Origin: Okamejei kenojei
Lineage: Eukaryota
Assembly: GCA_035221665.1 (NCBI GenBank)
Contig: CM069147.1
Location: 40,114,001 to 40,178,000 of the forward strand
DNA length: 64,000 bases
Direction of reading: 5' to 3'
In this document: positions 62,251 to 64,000 of the stretch, piece after piece
Layout: every line of letters starts with the position of its first letter
Position numbering within the stretch: the first letter of the stretch is position 1
Position numbers and translations under genes: made by a program
Notes under the pieces: generated by a model
Seen by the model: only the letters and a program-made list of their open reading frames with translations
Told to the model about the DNA's origin: nothing
Database searches by the model: none

Positions 62251-62754
62251 TATCTTCTATCCAGTCCCAGTTTGCGAGTGTCGGGTTCTCTGCCTGACCA
62301 CGAAGGCCCGTTCTCCTGGTGCCATGGTAGGATCGGCCTGGCTAAGCATTGTCGTTGCTTTGCTGTTGGAAAAGACAGGTGCTGAATTACCAGAATCCCC
62401 TACTGCCTAGGGTTGTGGATGCAAAGTCACTGGTGATAATTACAGAGGAGGTAGACACATTTTTGATGGAATAGGGAATTGAGGGTGACAGGGAATTGGA
62501 ACAATTGAGGAACTGATGCATGGGGCAAATCGTCCATGATCACGTTGAATGGCGGGGCAGTCTTGAGAGGGTGGGGCAGGCAGCTTTCTCCTGCTCCAAT
62601 TTTCTTGCATTTTTGTGACTTCTCCAATTATGCATGAATACATTTAAATTATTATCTACACTTCTCTTTTCAATTGCCACTTGCAATCATACAACTGACT
62701 ATAGAATAATAAACAGGTCAATTGGGGTCCCCACAAGGAACCGTTTTGGACGAT

Positions 62755-63125
62755 TAGAGTCATACTGTCATAGAGTGATACAGTGTGGAAATAGGCCCTT
62801 CGGCTCAACTTGCCCACACCGGCCAACATGTCTCAGCTACACTAGTCCAAACCCACCTGCCTGCGCTTGGTCCATAATCCTCCAAACTTGTCCTATCCAC
62901 GTACCTGTCTAACGGTTTCTTAAACATTGGGATAGGCCGGCCTCAACTACCTCCTCTGGCAGCCTTTTCCATAACCCCACCACCCTTTGTGTGAAAAAGT
63001 TCCCCCTCAGTTTCCTATTAAATCTTTTCCCCTTCACCTTGAACCTATGTCCTCTGGTCCTCAATTCCCCTACTCTGGGCAAAAGATTCTGTGCATCGCC
63101 CCGATTTATTCCTCTCTTGATTTTA
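62755..63125 (-). mobile_element. CR1 3' fragment
   Basis: RTRGHRFKVKG...FFTQRVVGLWKRLPEEVVEA. Confidence 0.85.
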
Positions 63126-63204
63126 ATACACATGATTACTATTCATTATTTCTTAAAAGAAATAACCAGAAGCCTAGCCTCATTAATTATATGACAAAAT
63201 AATT

Positions 63205-63560
63205 GTATATAGTTGCATATAAAATTATGAGAGGCATAGATAGGGTAGACAGTCAGAACCTTTTCCCCTGGATGGAATAATCAAATACTAGAGGGCACAG
63301 CTTTAGGGTGAGAGGGGCAAAGTTTAAAGGGGTTGTGCGGAGTACGTTTTTTTACACAGAGGGTGTTGAATGCCTGGAATGCGCTGCCGGGGGTGGTGGT
63401 TGAGGCAGATACGATAGAGGCATTTAAGAGGCTTTTGGATAATCATATGAATATGCTGGGAATGGAGGGATGCGGATTATGTGCAGGCAGATAAGAGATG
63501 GTCTTGGCACAGACATTGTGAGCACAGGGCCTGTTCTTGTGCTGGACTGTTCTATGTTCA
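63205..63560 (+). mobile_element. CR1 3' fragment, head-to-head with the previous one
   Basis: tataaaattatgagaggcatagatagggtagacagtcagaacc...gggcctgttcttgtgctggactgttctatgttc. Confidence 0.85.
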
Positions 63561-64000
63561 ATTGTGTTTTCAACTATTTCTCTATCTGCATTTTGTGTCA
63601 ATTTATTATAATTTTTTTCTTCAATTATCAGATACATCCAATTGTCCTCAACACAAACTTTGTGATCAACTGCATAAACACCTACCATGTTGACAGAGCA
63701 GATTGGGTACACAGCAATCCTATATTGTTGGAATGACGGAATTAATTATTTACTACTGTAGAACTATCCTACTAAATCAAAAAGAATTGTTAAATAAAAT
63801 AAAGCTTTAAGAAAAAAAAACAAAGACAAACACAATTTGACTACAAGAGGCTTGAACTGTGTCACATTGTGAAGGTCAATATAAAGTGATGAACTACAGC
63901 CTCATGGATTTATTTAAGGCAAAATGTTTCACAGAGAGCATCCCAGGCCTATTTGACAAGATAATTATCAATACACATGGCACCGATGAAAAGCAGAAGG

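Overview
This window is vertebrate genomic DNA, not prokaryotic. The V-SINE/HE1-type SINEs and the CR1 and Penelope repeats suggest a cartilaginous fish, probably a skate or ray (inference). One host gene is recognisable: the last two coding exons of a PQ-loop transporter (SLC66A2/PQLC1-like) on the minus strand at 41213-40997 and 26075-25901. Its earlier exons were not found and probably lie beyond the window end. The rest is mostly transposable elements. (1) A 5'-truncated L1 flanked by a 109-bp direct repeat. (2) A three-level nest at 10.8-19.6 kb: a Tc1 transposon contains a PIF/Harbinger-type MITE, which contains a full-length Tx1-clade LINE. (3) Two large CR1 copies, one interrupted by a Penelope 3' end. 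(4) Many Penelope terminal-repeat copies carrying a hammerhead-ribozyme-like core, several as fold-back palindromes. (5) A nested hAT / pogo-like MITE structure. (6) A DIRS1 tyrosine-recombinase retrotransposon with a complete ITR/ICR architecture at 51.9-60.8 kb. Its gag region is interrupted by about 4.2 kb of G/T-rich, C-depleted sequence that is most likely an assembly artefact. There is one N gap at 38591-38787. All calls come from reading the sequence by eye; no database search was run.
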